Source: Spirochaetia bacterium (GTDB taxonomy: Bacteria; Spirochaetota; Spirochaetia; SZUA-6; Bin103). Taken from it: 64,000 bases of DNA. The stretch is taken from the NCBI GenBank assembly GCA_965203515.1, contig OZ241907.1, positions 512,001 to 576,000 on the forward strand. The letters run 5' to 3'. Below the pieces are notes generated by a model that had not been told where the DNA came from, searched no databases, and saw nothing but the letters and a program-made list of their open reading frames with translations. Made by a program: the position numbers and the translations under genes. Below, piece after piece: positions 63,434 to 64,000 of this stretch (positions within the stretch are counted from its first letter, which is position 1; the number at the start of each line of letters is the position of its first letter).

Positions 63434-64000
63434 GTGAGATACCGCACGCTGGGCCGGACCGGCATGGCCGTCAGCGAGGTCAGCCTGGGCGGCGCCTACC
63501 TGATGGGGCCGGATCCGGAACGCGCGGAAGAAAACGCCGCGGCGGTCGTGCAACGCGCCGCGCAGCTCGGCGTCAACTATCTCGACACGGCGCCGGGATA
63601 CGGGCGGAGCGAGGAGCTGCTGGGCCCGGCCCTCGAACGGGCGGGCCGGCCGTTCCGGGTGGCGACCAAGGTGGGGTTCGTCCCCGATGACTTCGACTTC
63701 CGGCGCGACAGCGTGGTGGCAAGCCTGGAGGCCAGCCTGCGCAAGCTCCGCATCGACCGGCTGGCCGTCGCGCAGATACATGAGGTCAACCTGGTCGGCT
63801 GGGAGCGCATCATGGAGCCGGGCGGGGCGCTCGACGGTCTGCGCGCTGCCCGCGACGCGGGACTCTGCCAGGCGATCGGCATCACGGCGCGGGCGATACC
63901 GCTGCTGGCCCGGCTGGCGGAGACCGGCGAGTTCGACACCGTGCTGGTCTACCACGATTATCACCCGTGCTCTCGGAAGGCGCGGGAGGCGGTCATACCC
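63434..64000 (+). CDS. Aldo/keto reductase (partial, runs off window end)
   Basis: MRYRTLGRTG..VSEVSLGG, GVNYLDTAPGYG.SE, ATKVG, SLEASLRKL. Confidence 0.9.
   Translation, partial: MRYRTLGRTGMAVSEVSLGGAYLMGPDPERAEENAAAVVQRAAQLGVNYLDTAPGYGRSEELLGPALERAGRPFRVATKVGFVPDDFDFRRDSVVASLEASLRKLRIDRLAVAQIHEVNLVGWERIMEPGGALDGLRAARDAGLCQAIGITARAIPLLARLAETGEFDTVLVYHDYHPCSRKAREAVIP

Overview
GC-rich bacterial chromosomal or metagenomic segment. Carnitine catabolism, PhyH and Gfo/Idh/MocA enzymes, and abundant defence genes and IS elements are consistent with a marine-invertebrate (e.g. sponge) symbiont; that is inference only. Catabolic and housekeeping blocks include a sugar ABC system with glycosidase-like genes, gamma-butyrobetaine/carnitine degradation, NfeD-flotillin-flotillin, hisI-hisG, a MacB/FtsX-type exporter, arfB and a menC-like enolase. 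These alternate with two decaying accessory regions. Region 8-29 kb holds a type IIG R-M gene whose 3' end is triplicated around a truncated SIR2 gene and an AbiE toxin-antitoxin pair, a DUF222-like HNH gene, and IS66 nested in IS21 nested in higA. Region 46-59 kb holds an AAA-PD-(D/E)xK gene, an ISL3-disrupted ABC ATPase and three paralogous repeat lipoproteins. The most striking feature is those lipoproteins: their ~38-aa GSGYT repeats are arranged with mirror symmetry (7+7, 6+6, 6+5) around a central turn, with matched outbound and return linkers. This suggests a nested 'there-and-back' fibre with a diversifying tip, downstream of a promoter captured from a dead ATPase gene and poly-C tracts. 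All calls come from motif recognition by eye; no searches were run. No rRNA, tRNA or CRISPR array was seen.
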